Shown here piece by piece: positions 50,901 through 63,807 of a DNA stretch of 64,000 nt. The notes under the pieces are model-generated. The model was given only the letters and a program-made list of their open reading frames with translations. It did no database searches and was not told where the DNA came from. The stretch spans positions 2,418,001 through 2,482,000 of the forward strand of contig CDRNST010000148.1 of assembly GCA_977016875.1 (NCBI GenBank), given 5' to 3'. This DNA is from Pavona decussata. Taxonomy: Eukaryota. Position 1 is the stretch's first letter; each line of letters opens with the position of its first letter. Both the position numbers and the translations under genes were made by a program.

Positions 50901-52139
50901 TTATAGCGTTTGTCTTAAAAAGGTGGTGAATACATTGTCCTAATATTAAATTAACATTTGGCTTTTTGAACGGCTGATTGTTCTATTCTTGCAGAAAATC
51001 AAACAGGCTCCCACGGGAAATTCATTGCCATTTTCACTCTCTACACGAGCAGATAAAAAGAGAGAAAAAAGGAAAGAAAAAATGGTATATGTGGAACGGA
51101 ACAAAACAGATGAAAGGCCCTGTAGTACATTAATCATGCAGTTTAGACGTTAAGTTAGACATGTTAGAATGAAAATCCAATAATTAAAACTCGTTTCTTT
51201 ATCAGTTTTTATTCCTAGAAATATATAAATATCAGAATTCGAAGTTAGCCGGAGAAAATCAAGAGAAGTACAAAGTAAACAACTTCATCATTTTGACAAA
51301 ATTCGAGGTTTTTCAGAGTCCTGCCCTTGCACGCGATGGAAATAGGGACAGAGCGGGAATAGTCTGGATTATGAGCCGGAGTGGAACTTGAGATCTTTTT
51401 GTCTCCACTGCGTTAACCGGCGTCCAGGAATAAACCTCAGTCTAAGTATTAACTTGTAAGCGTCTAGATGGAATTCTAAAGTGTAACCATTTAAATGAAA
51501 GTTTTAGAGCAAAAATTATGCTGCATAATTGGGACATCCTCATTCCTAGTGCCTACGCGTTTTTTTTAAACCGCGAGGGCTCTGGAAATAGAGATGTACA
51601 AGAAACTGATGAAAATTAAATTGCGCTTTCATGTTTACGTTTGTGTTAGTTTTCAATATTTTGGATTTAGTTTTCGTTTTTAACGTATGTACCCTGGCCC
51701 AGCACTCAGGGTCTTGATACTTAGTTTAAAATCTCGGAGTTACTGTCTAAAGGCTAACTAGTCATGCAGCCAATTGTCAGATGGAATTCTTAGGGAATGA
51801 TAGAAGAGTATAGATATTAGAGAGGGGTTGGTCTCAGCATAAGGGGTTGGGTCAGTAGATTTTTATCCCTTAAGAAGGACGGATCATAACATTCAATACA
51901 CATGTCAGTTAGTGGGCTTTCCCAGTCAGTGAAAAAAAAAAAAATAAAAAAAAAAATAAAAAAGTTAAAAAACCCGAAACTATTTGTACAACGTTATCGA
52001 ATTTATAAACCTGTATCTCTGATGAAATGCAGCTGCATTATATGATATCCTTAACCCCTTAATTATAGAAATACGCAAGTTCTTTTTAAATTCTCTCGTT
52101 TGTTTTGATCAACATAAAAATACATTTTTTAAAGACATA

Positions 52140-52275
52140 AAAGACTATTGCTGTTATGCAGGCAACTTGAGCAGTTTCGAAAACATTGAAAAACCGCGAA
52201 AAAATTGAGGCTTGAAAGGGATTTGAACCCGTAACTTCTGCCAAGTGAACTATCAAGCCGGCTGGGAACTGGAGT
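52140..52275 (-). mobile_element. Decayed tRNA-derived SINE
   Basis: gggatttgaaccc is a reverse B-box (GGGTTCAAATCCC); no cloverleaf; similar remnant at about 12425-12535. Confidence 0.5.
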
Positions 52276-52609
52276 TGTGGTCATATTGTGAGATTTTGGC
52301 TTGATATTTTTCATTTCATTCATTTATTTTTAACGGGTGATCTCACACATCACTGAATTAATGGGAGGGTTATTATTGAGTGACATCGGTTCACCGTCAC
52401 CTGGGTGAACACTTTAAGACAACGTGACAAAAGGACATAGTACAAGGGTAGCTACCCCAGTTGCACTCTTGGACCGTCCTTAGTATCCAGCGTTTGTGCT
52501 CACAGTCTGTATCTCCTGTTTCATTTGATTCAGTAAGGTGGTCTTATCTAAAGACTTGTTGTGTTTATCAGACAATTTCCTTCGTAGTTTTGAGCATTAA
52601 GCGTGACAG

Positions 52610-55255
52610 TCAAGACGGCATGTTCTCAATTCCATCAATGGGTCGAACCCTCATCGTATGGACTTTCGAGATCATTTTGACATTTGTTGTATATTGTCCA
52701 ATTTCAGCTTTCATGAACTCATTTGTGTTTTGCTCTGGGTGAAACAAGATCACAAAGAGTTTAGGTGCAAATACGCACAGAAGAAGTCCATATGCAGTGA
52801 CCAGGGCAGTGATGCAGGCCACTATGGTTGTGTAAAATCCCTCCAGGGACGAATCCATTGGAAAATAGATTGCCCACGAGATCAGAAGCACGTACATGGC
52901 CAGACCAATGTATCTTGTCTCGTTGAAATTTTCGGGGAGTCGTCTGGCTTTGAAGGCATAGATAGCGCACAAAAGGGAAAGGAATATGAAATACGTGAAC
53001 ATGACCGCTCTAAGCACCTTCCCCAGGGTTGTCCTGAACGGCAAACAGGTATTAAATACGTGTGTTTGTGGACGTATCTCCTGGTGCTGGTATGGAGAAT
53101 CTAAAGAAAGCCATAGCACTGTGAGAATGACTTCAACGATGTTGAGTGCGAGGACCACGAGAAATTGTCGTTTGCGGTTCACGATGTAGCGCTTGAACCA
53201 GTTAGGGATGATGTCAGTTTGAAATGCGCGGACCAGGCGGTTTGTTTTGAGGAAGAGGATGGATACGCAAGCTGTGTTGATGAAGTACCTACAGGGGTAC
53301 ACGATGCAGCAAAGAGTTGTCGTGGGTGGAGCAAGATGGAGAATCGTGAGCAAGAAACATGAAGCAATTGCGAAAAGCAAGAGAAAGCTTAGTTCGCGAT
53401 TGGAAGCCCTCACCAATGGAGTGTACTGGTTCTTCACGAACACAGCGAAGGTCAGGCAAGTTCCAAACAAACCAATTGCCGTTAGAATCGAACACACTAT
53501 AGCAGTGGTGTCTTTCCATTGAATGTTGATAACTGGCAAAGGTAGACATGTTGTGCCATCTTCATTGGACATATGTTGTTCTGGACACTCTGTGCAGTTG
53601 GGAGAACTGTACTGTGTGCTTACACTGCCTACAGAACATCTGATGCACTCCCAACAACACGACACTGTGGCGGTCTGCTTAGTTCCTGGGGGACAACTTT
53701 GGCTGCATGAAGACGTCGGAGGCTCACTCTTTCCGTCGCTCCACTTGACCAATTTACTTTTGATTGTAATTTTGGGATGTGTTCCTCCTCTCCAGGTACC
53801 CACCTTTACGTTTTCGTAATTCTCTCCCTGTTTCTGAAAGTTTACGATATCGTACGATGAAGAAAGAGGATCCCCGTTTTTGGTGAACTGTACTTGCCCC
53901 GTAATTCCGCGAAAGCTTATTTTTCTGATGTAAGACAATATATCCTTCGGTTTGATGTTGGAATTTGATTTTGGACATTTTCTACTCTGTGACAAGCCTC
54001 GAGGCTCTGTACATTTGAACAGAGAGTCGAGCGCGTGCGCAAGGGCATAAACAGCGTCCGTGAGATAGGGAATAAACGCGTTGTGTAGTTTGGCGAAGGC
54101 TCGCTCGTCCACTTTAGCCTGACAATCGAGTGCATCTTTTGAGCAGTTAAGGTGGTTTGTCCAAAACTCGTCCCACCATGGATTGGCACTTGTCCGAGTG
54201 TCTTCTACTGTGAGTTCTTTGAGGTGCTTCTCCAATGGCTGGTCTGCAAATAAGTGGGGTCTTATTCCTAATGCTCCCTTGAGGATCGCAGAGTTCTCTT
54301 CTAACACGTCAGGATTCATAACTGCAATTGCTTCGCTGATAAGAAATGTTCGTCCCTCCAAACCTTGAGCAGTCGCTTCTTGTAGGAATCGTTTCGCTGG
54401 TTCGTAGTTACTCCAAAGGACGACCACTTTGATGTTTTTAGCCTCTCTTAGCTTCCTCACGATTGTTTTTATTTTTCCTTTGTATCCAGACCGTGTGAAG
54501 TATTCCGAAAACGCGATGCAGAACGTCTTCCGATCATACGCTTCTCGTTCCAATGCACGCAAACCGTACCGTCCGTATGAATGATCAACGGCCACCGCCG
54601 CAATGTACGTCCATCGATAGTGCTCTATAATGTCCACCATGGCTTTAGCTTGCTCACCGTCGGGTGGTATGGTGCGAAAGAATGCGTTGAAGTAAGGTGA
54701 GCTCAGTTCCTCGCTGGTAGCGAAAGGACTTATAGTAGGAATGCCATCCACTTGAAGTAAACTTGAGACTAGTGTGCTACTGCTTGAATCTTCCGTGCCA
54801 ATAACCGCAAAGATGGGTGCCGTCAGATTCTGTACACGTATTGTAAGTTCTGATTTTAATCCAGTCCCATATTTCTGCTCTTCGAACAGTTCATTAAGAT
54901 AATTACTCTTGACAAAGTCGTTCGCCATTTTCATGGCCAGTACAGGTGAATCGCAGTTATCTCGAATGTCAAACCCCAGCGTCACATTTGGAAGCAAGTT
55001 AGGGTCATTGTTTATTCTCTCGATTGCAAAAGTGATGGCCTCGATGTATCCGAGGCCAAAAGCATAAAACTCACCGCAGTTTTCCTTTACAGTTTTCACG
55101 TGAAGTGGGAGGATAACTCCAAGAGTGACGTTTCCTTTCTGGTAGAATCGTTTGGTGTGACAAGAAACCGGTGAAAAACAAAGCAATGGCAACAGCAACA
55201 GTACCTGAAGTGACATTTTCTTACGAATGTCGAAAGCGGGGATGCCCAGATACAT
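52610..55255 (-). CDS. Class C GPCR, calcium-sensing receptor / GPRC6A-like; intronless CDS
   Basis: 881-aa ORF (likely start 55216, MSLQVLLLLPLLCFSPVSC signal peptide); Venus flytrap (LLPNVTLGFDIRDNC, FFRTIPPD, WTYI..YG, NPWWDEFW); Cys-rich domain (SSCSQSCPPG..CCWECIRC); 7TM (TPLVRASNREL, LFLKTNR, AFKARRLPENFNET, FAPK..ILFHPEQN). Confidence 0.96.
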   Translation of the reverse strand: MYLGIPAFDIRKKMSLQVLLLLPLLCFSPVSCHTKRFYQKGNVTLGVILPLHVKTVKENCGEFYAFGLGYIEAITFAIERINNDPNLLPNVTLGFDIRDNCDSPVLAMKMANDFVKSNYLNELFEEQKYGTGLKSELTIRVQNLTAPIFAVIGTEDSSSSTLVSSLLQVDGIPTISPFATSEELSSPYFNAFFRTIPPDGEQAKAMVDIIEHYRWTYIAAVAVDHSYGRYGLRALEREAYDRKTFCIAFSEYFTRSGYKGKIKTIVRKLREAKNIKVVVLWSNYEPAKRFLQEATAQGLEGRTFLISEAIAVMNPDVLEENSAILKGALGIRPHLFADQPLEKHLKELTVEDTRTSANPWWDEFWTNHLNCSKDALDCQAKVDERAFAKLHNAFIPYLTDAVYALAHALDSLFKCTEPRGLSQSRKCPKSNSNIKPKDILSYIRKISFRGITGQVQFTKNGDPLSSSYDIVNFQKQGENYENVKVGTWRGGTHPKITIKSKLVKWSDGKSEPPTSSCSQSCPPGTKQTATVSCCWECIRCSVGSVSTQYSSPNCTECPEQHMSNEDGTTCLPLPVINIQWKDTTAIVCSILTAIGLFGTCLTFAVFVKNQYTPLVRASNRELSFLLLFAIASCFLLTILHLAPPTTTLCCIVYPCRYFINTACVSILFLKTNRLVRAFQTDIIPNWFKRYIVNRKRQFLVVLALNIVEVILTVLWLSLDSPYQHQEIRPQTHVFNTCLPFRTTLGKVLRAVMFTYFIFLSLLCAIYAFKARRLPENFNETRYIGLAMYVLLISWAIYFPMDSSLEGFYTTIVACITALVTAYGLLLCVFAPKLFVILFHPEQNTNEFMKAEIGQYTTNVKMISKVHTMRVRPIDGIENMPS

Positions 55256-57499
55256 TTATACATTAACTGGTCGTGTCAAACCTGTAAAGGAAAACAAACG
55301 AGGTTAAATAGCCACATGATATGACCTTATTTAAAATATTTACCTTGACATTTTACGAGGTTCTTTCTCGTAGCTAATTATTGAGAAAGCTTTATCTTTT
55401 ATTGTCAGAAGTTTCATAAACGTCAAGAATAAATCAGTTATAAAAAAGGCATCGGTTTTTACATTAAGACGTTTTATAGACGTACCTTCTGTATTTCGCT
55501 CCACTAACACACCGTACGTTCTCCTCTTTGATACACTTTATCAACGGACCTTTGCGAAGGAATAAATGGTGTTCTTTCAACGTTCTTATAGAGCAAGAAA
55601 ACTTAATTTCAGGAAAATGATATCCACCGGTTTAAAAACACACATTCGTTGCTGTGGTCCAATTTGCCCTTGAGCAGGTGTACTAACAAAAACACGAAAA
55701 ACTGTCCGTACCAATTAGAGCCGTGAGAATTCAATCGGAGTTTTGAAAGCATCTAGCTTCCTTCCATGATGGTTGACTCAGTGTTACATGCAGTGAAGAC
55801 ACCAAGCAGCTACAGCAGCAAATGGAAATTTAATTTTAACCCATATGTGACGCCTCACCAGATAATTATCGTCTTCCAATTTTACATTTACCGTCCGATG
55901 ACACTTTCGAAAAAATATTACATTTTTAATTTTAGAAGAAGTGGGTAGAAATAAAACCTTTTTAGCGGAGTAGGTGTCATCATTAAGCCAAAGTGAATAA
56001 CCGTCGCCATATCTCTAGAATATCATTTCCCGTAGTGGACAAAATATAGAGATTGGTTCCGTCCGTTGGGTGTTAAAACCAAATCCAAACCACCTCTTGT
56101 TGAACTCAAAGTTCGCTTTTGATATGTAAATGACGCACTTTGTCGGTCATCCATCAACATTAAAATTGTTTATTTAGTCTCAATTTTTGAAGATTTAAAG
56201 AGTACAGTAAAAGACCTTTTCGTTCCATTCGTCTCTAAATCTATCCATACACAACATTTTTTAGACGCACTTGGCTAACCAGCCTCTATCTCTAAAACAA
56301 ATCTCTTTCACTTAAATTTATACTGTCGTACAGTAATTTATTATTGGCAATCATGAACCTCCCATTACATGTTTCTTGAAAATAAACCTATTTTCATTGG
56401 ATTCTGTGAATGCACTGTAATTTCTACCGGCTCTCTCGAACCGCACACGATTTGGAGAACCAAGCAACACCCACCAAAAGCTCCAAGAAAGGCCCCACCT
56501 GGTTACTTTTTAACTGAACAGAACCGTGTTTCGTTTGGATACTACTTAAACTGTTTACGTTAATTTACTACCAGCTATCTCGAATTCCCGCGACCTAGGA
56601 CAACTTTCCGCCTCTGTTTAATGTTTAAGACAGCAGGTTTCTGACCGAATCTATAAGCAGGAAAAAAAACTGAAAGAAACATTGAATGTAGCAGTGGGCA
56701 CGGAGATCTTTTAACGTCAGTTTCATGCTGTTTTCGCTTCGAGTTTTCTTGGATCACGAAATTCGTATTAAGCTTTTTTTGGATTTGTTAAGGCAATCCA
56801 AGGAGATGAATTAATTGATTTTTCGGTTTTAGTTTAAATTTTAAGCTCTTTTATTGGTTTTGATCCATATTTCACTAATTTTGAACTGAGAAGCTACTGA
56901 ACTTGAAAATTTTGTTTCAAGGCCTACCAGTTATTCAACCACATCTAGCTGTTTGCTTTCCAGCTGGAAATATCCGCTTTTATAAGCTATAAAACATAAT
57001 GAATCACGATAGCATTATTTTGGGATCCTTGGTCAGAACTTTGACGACCTTCGAAAAGTTGAAAAGCTAAGAATCAATTAGTGAAATCAAGCAAGGTAAC
57101 TGACACATTGTATGTGAGTACGAGAAAAAAAAAACCTCATACACGGAACTGCGGATGAAGTATCCTGTGTACTGATACTGATCGAATGACTCTGCACTGC
57201 ACTGAAATAAGCAACGTGGAAAGGAGTTGTATAAAACAACGTGAAAAAGGACTTGTATGAAGAAACTTGAAATATTAATATTTAAACAGTCTTGAATCCG
57301 TAGATCTATACGCCGGGGAATAACTGAGACTGTCTCATCCTGTTGACACAGCTGCTCGTCCGTTTTATCACCACATTTGATCAGAAGTATTCCAGGGCTT
57401 TTGTAGCGTTCTGTCAAATTTGCATTAGGATAGTTGGATCCAACAGCTCAAGGCAAAGAATCTTCTGTTTCGTTGTTTTGATCTGGCCGGTCAGAACAC

Positions 57500-57815
57500 A
57501 GTCCAGGGACACTTTCCACTGATTTAGCCATCATTTTTGGTTCAAACGGAAGTTTCTCGGAACAAACGGACGACCGTTCAAGGATACTCCACTTTTTTCC
57601 TTTCAACCGGTCAGAGCTGAAATTACCGTTCCATTTGATAACAATTTTCAATTCCACTTTGTTGTGTTCTTCCACAATCTTTGCGCCATCACGTATTAAG
57701 TTGTTTAATCTACCATTGAAAAATTGGAACAAATGGAGGAAAGCCAGTTTCCATTCGACAGCGAAAGTTTTCGGAATTTTCAACCGAAAATGTTGGCTAA
57801 ACGGAAAGCCCCTTT
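57500..57815. mobile_element. Partial MITE
   Basis: ttccattt / ttccattc / aaatggaac-type motifs and terminus ttggctaaacggaaagcccct. Confidence 0.45.
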
Positions 57816-58567
57816 GCTAACATATTATGATGTAAATATTTTTTTTAGAGCAATGCACCAGTATACCAAGGTCATGGATTGAAATCCTTTTCATGCCTTA
57901 ATTTTATTGAGGTTGTTCTCTGTCATTCCGGCTTTAAATCTCGATGCAACCAATACTACTTACACGCATACGGTTGTACACATAATTACTCCAATGGAGC
58001 CGAAAAATTAATAAAAAAATTATTGGTTCCTTCCAGTAAGGTTTTCGGTATTTTTTCTTTGCGCGTCTTATTCTTACTCATTTTCGTCAAAATAACAGAG
58101 CGACATTTCGCGAGTTTATTTATTGAAGCGTATGGAATTTCGCTAAACATCTTCATCACTACCACCTTAAAAAATCCTGGAGTCACAAGTTAAGCTTTTA
58201 ACAATCGGTAGCAGAAAGAGGACCAGCAAACCGTGAACTTCAATAGGCCATCCGAGTTGCTTTAAACCTCATTGCGAAAACGAGGCTAAATGCACGGCTT
58301 TTCATGTGAATGTTCGCGCACACAACTCTCGTAATTCAACATTGCCGATGCCTGCTATTGTCGTTGGATTTTACCTACATTAAGGCCCGTTTACACGTGT
58401 AGCGCAGCTTATGGATGTCAAGGAACCCCTTTCAGGTACCCTGTCTAGCCTATAATCTGTTTGTACACGACTTACCGCCAACTAACAACTAACAATTCTC
58501 TCTTGGAATTTCTGCATCGTTTAAGTTAAGTAATGCCGTAAAATCCCGGTTTAAGGGTTCCACCTGG

Positions 58568-59089
58568 CCTTATTATAGGAAATTAACGCTTCATGAAATT
58601 AACAGAAAATTTTAAAAATTCGCGTTAATTTAAGTCGCTTTAATTTTTGTTAACGTTAATTTCCGCGTCATTAATTAAGTGGCGCATTAATTTTCACGAC
58701 CTTAATTTCCATAACTTTCACCCCAAATTCTCGATACACTCCAGAAAGGAATAAGCATTGTTTTACCAGGGTGGAATCTGCTGGTATCGTGGATACTGCG
58801 TGTGAAGAACGCTCAAAGCGGCGAGATTCCTTCGCTTAACCCCTATGTTTACGGACAGCTTGAATTTCGGATTTTTTCACTGAGTGTTAAAATAGTTTAT
58901 TTCCTCTTGTCCCGAAAAATTCTTTTTCTTTGTGTAAGTCGCGTTAATTTCCCTCATTTTGAAATTTTAACACCTCTTTCGCGTTAATTTCCTTTATTGG
59001 GAAGTAATTTTCCTTCAATTCGCGTTAATTTAAGTCGCGTTAATTTCAAATACCTTAATTAACACAAGCGTTAATTTCCTATAATAAGG
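58568..59089. mobile_element. MITE with subterminal cgcgttaattt repeats
   Basis: TIR ccttattataggaaattaacgctt / aagcgttaatttcctataataagg; several internal (c)gcgttaattt copies. Confidence 0.8.
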
Positions 59090-59865
59090 TAATATTCGGG
59101 TTTTTTAAAAGCCTCCTCCGGGTATAGGAACCCTCCATTTTTCCTTGTTTCCTGAATATAAGTACAGTTAGAAAACAACGTACAACTTCAATTAAAAATC
59201 AGGAAAAATTTAATGCAAGCGAAGTGTGGAACAGTAATTTAAATCATACTGATAACCTTACAGGTATTTCTATCACTGACATAGTAGCACAGCTGTTCAA
59301 CGTTTTCAGCGCTTTGCTGTATCATTAGTTGTTTGTGTTCCAACTATTGAACAAATTCTCGATTTCAGTAATTGTGACGCTTCAAAGCCCTAAGACACGA
59401 ATAAATGGAAAATGTATTTGAATAGCCTTATATGTTAATCCTAATATTTTTTCAGAGCTCCTGCATGCTGATGGCATATTGAGCTTTCACGGATATTTTC
59501 TAAATAAAGCTGTCCTCTATCTTGAGTTAGAAAGTAAAGGCGTTTTCTCGCTATAATAGCTATTGGAATTCCAAAGTCCGGACGAACTTTGAGAAAATTT
59601 GCTGAATTAAGCATAAAACGGTAACTAAGCTTTCCAATACTCTGTGAAGTTCCCGTTATGTTCTTAACTGCAGTAAATCGTCGTAAGTGATGACTGTGTA
59701 CCGATTGAGGCACTTTTACGTTCAGCCGTCATTCGTGTTTTGTGATTTAGTAAAAGCTTCAGGGTGAAAGTGTCAAATCACTAGACTTAAATCACACAAA
59801 TGAATATAAGTTTACAAATTGGTGAGATTAAATGCGCAGTAAGGTCTACATTGTTTGCAAGAGTC

Positions 59866-62800
59866 TTAGTTATTTTGAAATTGTGCAAGTGACTTATAGC
59901 CAACATTAAGTTTTACGTTGTTGTTCTGGCGCAGAGATCTGATGTAATTAAATGCCGCTTTCTCCTCGTCTGTTGTTATTCCCAAAGTAAGGTACATATT
60001 TTTTAGGCCGTCAGATCTTGCTTTCTCCACAATACCGAGGGCATCTGCTTTGGCCTGGGCACCAATAACAGTAGCCTGAGCAGTTGCATTCTGGGCAATC
60101 TCCCTGGCCTCGTTGTAAATTATATTTTTCTGTTTTTCGGTTTCTTTGCGGACCACCTGTAATGTATGGAAACACAAGGATGTGGTTGTGGATTTACTTT
60201 AACTTAAAGATGAAGGAAATTCTAAAGGAACGACAAGGTAGGCTATGTGGCTGGCTGTACTGTGTTTGTGCGACTTTACAGCTCTTTCAAACTATGCAAC
60301 CGACAAGCTAGCGAGGTTACCACTGCATGACATTTCGTTTTCTTAAGCCCTTGCATAGATTTCTACGCTCTTTGCCCTCTAGCGATACCACAATATCTGC
60401 ACAAAAAGCCTTTTTAATACCCATGCGGCTCATGACAGCGTCTGAGCACAGAGAAGCAGACCCAGGGGAGTTTTACAGTGGAAAGAAAATGTTTTTGTTT
60501 GCATTTTTTATCATCAGTCTCTCCTCCCCCGTTCTTCATGGAACCTGAGGGATTCGCGTTGGCTTTTACTGTTCCTTCCCCACCCTCCCTACTTACACAA
60601 AACCCTAAATTCGCCCCTAGGGAGGGGAGAGGCTCTGGCTAAGCCATGATCAGTGGCGTTGTCTTTAAGAAAAGGTTAATTCTTTCGCACACCTTAAATG
60701 TTAAAAAATCAAAATAGAACATCCTGAAACGGGTAGGATTAGCCATTGCTTAGCTCTGGGAAGAAACTCGATTCTGTTGTGATTTGTCGCTAGTTTAAAC
60801 CTTCATTTCGAGTGTAAATTGAAAGGTTACCTTCTCCTTCAGTTCAAACTCTGCCCGTTCCTCCTCAGCTGCTTCTGTGACCTGACGCAGGTATCGACTC
60901 TTCACATCTTCGTGCACATCAACTGCGAGGAGCTGGAAATATCTGACTTCCACGAAAATCCCCTTCTCATTGCTCTTGCAGAGGGAAATAGGGATACAAT
61001 AACCACAAGGCGGCATATCTTCTGCCTTTGTTGGACACGTCTCTCTGCAGCAACCATCCAAGCGTTTGGATAATGCTTTGAAAAGCTCTTTCTCGATATT
61101 CTCCCGATTTCTGGTAAATTAAAACAAATGTTTGTAAGAAAAAAGAAAAGATTGCGGGCTTTAATTTTGGACGGTAAAAAATATCGTTTTCTTCTCTAGC
61201 CCATTAAGTCTTTCTGGCAACTTTTAAGACGAGCAAAGAAAACGCCTCGACCCTATTTGTTCAATTATACCTTACTTGTGCAGTTGGAATCTTTCAAACA
61301 AAATCACTAACTTTGACGATGTCGACTGTCTATCAGGGAGCGTTCTTCAGAATCAATGAGATCACTTGTACATGGTTCGATGGCACCACCGAATTCGCTA
61401 TAAATTTACAAAGGAAACGTTTGTACAAGAAAAGTGTTTGCTACGAATAAAGGTCTACCAGCTCTGTTCGATATTAGTCCCGAAAATATGTTTACAAAAA
61501 TCAGTTACAGTAAAAGAAAAATTAGACGCACTGTGAACTGCAATATTAGAGAGATTTAGAATTCAAAAGTTTTCGACAGACGGCAGACGGCAAATTTAAA
61601 ACCACCGGGCCTCGAATGAACATAACAGCACAAACTGAAAGTAGTGTATGGCAACTTGCATTTGAACGCGTTGGGTTCATGCAAACTGAAAGGATTAGAA
61701 GAAGGTTTTCACTCAAACTTTTTTCCCGCCAGATGCTGAGATGCATATACCTGATGTAATCGTCGATCGGCAAATCCGCTGCCCTTCCTTTTATGGCGTC
61801 GATTGCCGTTCCTTTGACAACGGGTTTGTAGTCAACATTGTAGGCTTCATGTAAATCTGGTAGAAAGTCCTTTCTCAGAAAATACTGAAAAGTGCAGGTG
61901 ATTTTGATTTCGATCTTGTCTCCTGTCCAGACAGCGATCTTATCCAGCTTGACAAAGTGTGCATTGGCTTGGAACACTTTGAAAGTGAAGTCCGGGCCAA
62001 CGAAGTATCTTCCCGAGGTATACACCTTGTCGACGTCCACAAAACCAGTTGACTTACGTTTTTTGAAGCCGAGCTGTTTTGAAATATAATAATATTTGCA
62101 TATGTTTCACTTCCCTTTGTTCTGGGTTGATTTTCTAAAATTAATAGTGATTGGAACTGTTTACAACTAGACATCGTTTTTAAGAACAGCGAAAAACCTT
62201 TCTATTCACAGCTGACCATGACCTCCTATGGATGTGTAAGGTTTAATATCCTAAAATGTGGGTTGCATGCAAACAATCATTTGTTTTGCAGGGGGATATG
62301 AACATGTCACATTTTAAACCTATTTTTTGGTGATTTTAACTTCCTTGAGAGTATGCAAAGTTTATTAGAAATTGGTAATTAATATCCCTTACACTTGAAG
62401 AAAAAGTGTTTAGCAGATCAGGAAATTCTTTTGCATCTAGAACAATATTATTTTACTATGACGTAACATAATTCTCTTGGGCGTAAATGTTACTACAGGA
62501 AACATCTCCTCGTTGAATTTTGGTGCATTGCCAAGCCAGAAAAATGCGGTCAATATAGTGTGGAAAAACGAAATGTTAAACTTCTTGACGTTGTGGATGA
62601 AAAATTATATGATAAAATCGATGCGAAGACGCAAAGTTTCGAAGTTGTCACCGATATTACAATCTTACGCCCCCCTCCCCCCAAAAAAGTCCAAACTAGT
62701 TTATAGATTGCATGTCAAATGCAAGTAAACAATCCTTTGTGTATTCTTTATGCTGCTTTATGGTGGTAACGTTCTTCTTGACGTGATGAAGTCCAATTTG

Positions 62801-63299
62801 TGGTTTGCAAGTAAAACTCTGCTAATATATATGTGAATGATATGGTAAAGCGAGCGCGAATCCCGGGACGCGAATGTAGAATGAACGGTCAAGAATACGG
62901 AGAATAGGACGATCGAGATTGTTTTGATTTTAAAAACCAATCCCTGCTTTTCATAACCTCAGCGGGGGTGGTGGAACTAAGAAAGGAAGATACTGTCTCG
63001 TAAATACATTTCCCGGACATGTATTTTTGCCCATCTCAGTTGATCTCTTATATGTTTTGGAGGATATGCAAGGCTTTTGGCTATCAAGAGGGCTTTCACA
63101 ACAATCAGTGTGGTTTGAAGCGCTTCGAAACGTCTCAATCAGTAATAATCCCGTGCAAATTGATGATCTTCGCTGAATAAACTCGAAAGCTTACCTCGTA
63201 ATATTCAACATCAGAGAAACTTATTGGTATCAAAATAACGATGAGAAGAACTGCAACTCCAATGACACCGATGATAATAATTTGAGTTCCGTTCGCCAT
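59866..63299 (-). CDS. SPFH / band-7 (prohibitin-like) membrane protein, 332 aa, 4 exons
   Basis: Exons 63299-63195, 62073-61751, 61110-60831, 60156-59866; phases 0/2/0; 999 nt. N-terminal TM, then SFSDVEYYELG, GRYFVGP, WTGDKIEIKITCTFQY, DDYIRNRENIEKEL, IFVEVRYFQLLAVDV and an Ala/Glu-rich coiled coil (AQAKADA). Confidence 0.85.
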
Positions 63300-63807
63300 G
63301 TTGATGGCAAATTATGTTAATTTTGTTTATGTATGTATCCAGGCCACCGCCTTAAAATACAGCTAACAATAGAAAAATTCATTGTTTATTTCGGTATTGT
63401 CAAACGCGCAGATGAAAAACACTTTGACAGATGCTATTTAAAGATTAAGTGTTTGTTCACAATTTTCGGGTACAGGCGCGATCAATTTCGCTGAATTTTG
63501 CATAGGTATCAGCAAAAAGGGTCAAAAAGAAATCACTGCTCAAAACGTTCAGGTTTTAACCATTTAGCAAACATACTCCGCATACGTGCATACCTGCATG
63601 ATTTTCCGTTTACCACTGAACCTGGAATATAAGTGGATCATTTCCCTGAGGTCATATAAGCCTTTCAAAACAGTGGAAACATTTAATATGCGCATATATT
63701 TGAACAGAAGTGTCACGGCGTGAAAGAGCTGACAGGCATCACTCGGGTGTAGCCAACTCGCAGCTTCTTCAACACTGTTTCCCGTTCTAGTTCAGCGGCG
63801 TTGAAAT
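63300..63807. promoter_or_regulatory. Probable bidirectional promoter
   Basis: 508 bp between divergent ATGs at 63299 (-) and 63808 (+). Confidence 0.55.

Noticed and set aside
52200-52275. tRNA gene
   Set aside because: B-box only, no cloverleaf; treated as a SINE remnant.
52461-54368. Short ORFs overlapping the GPCR
   Set aside because: Antisense or alternative-frame shadows of the long CDS.
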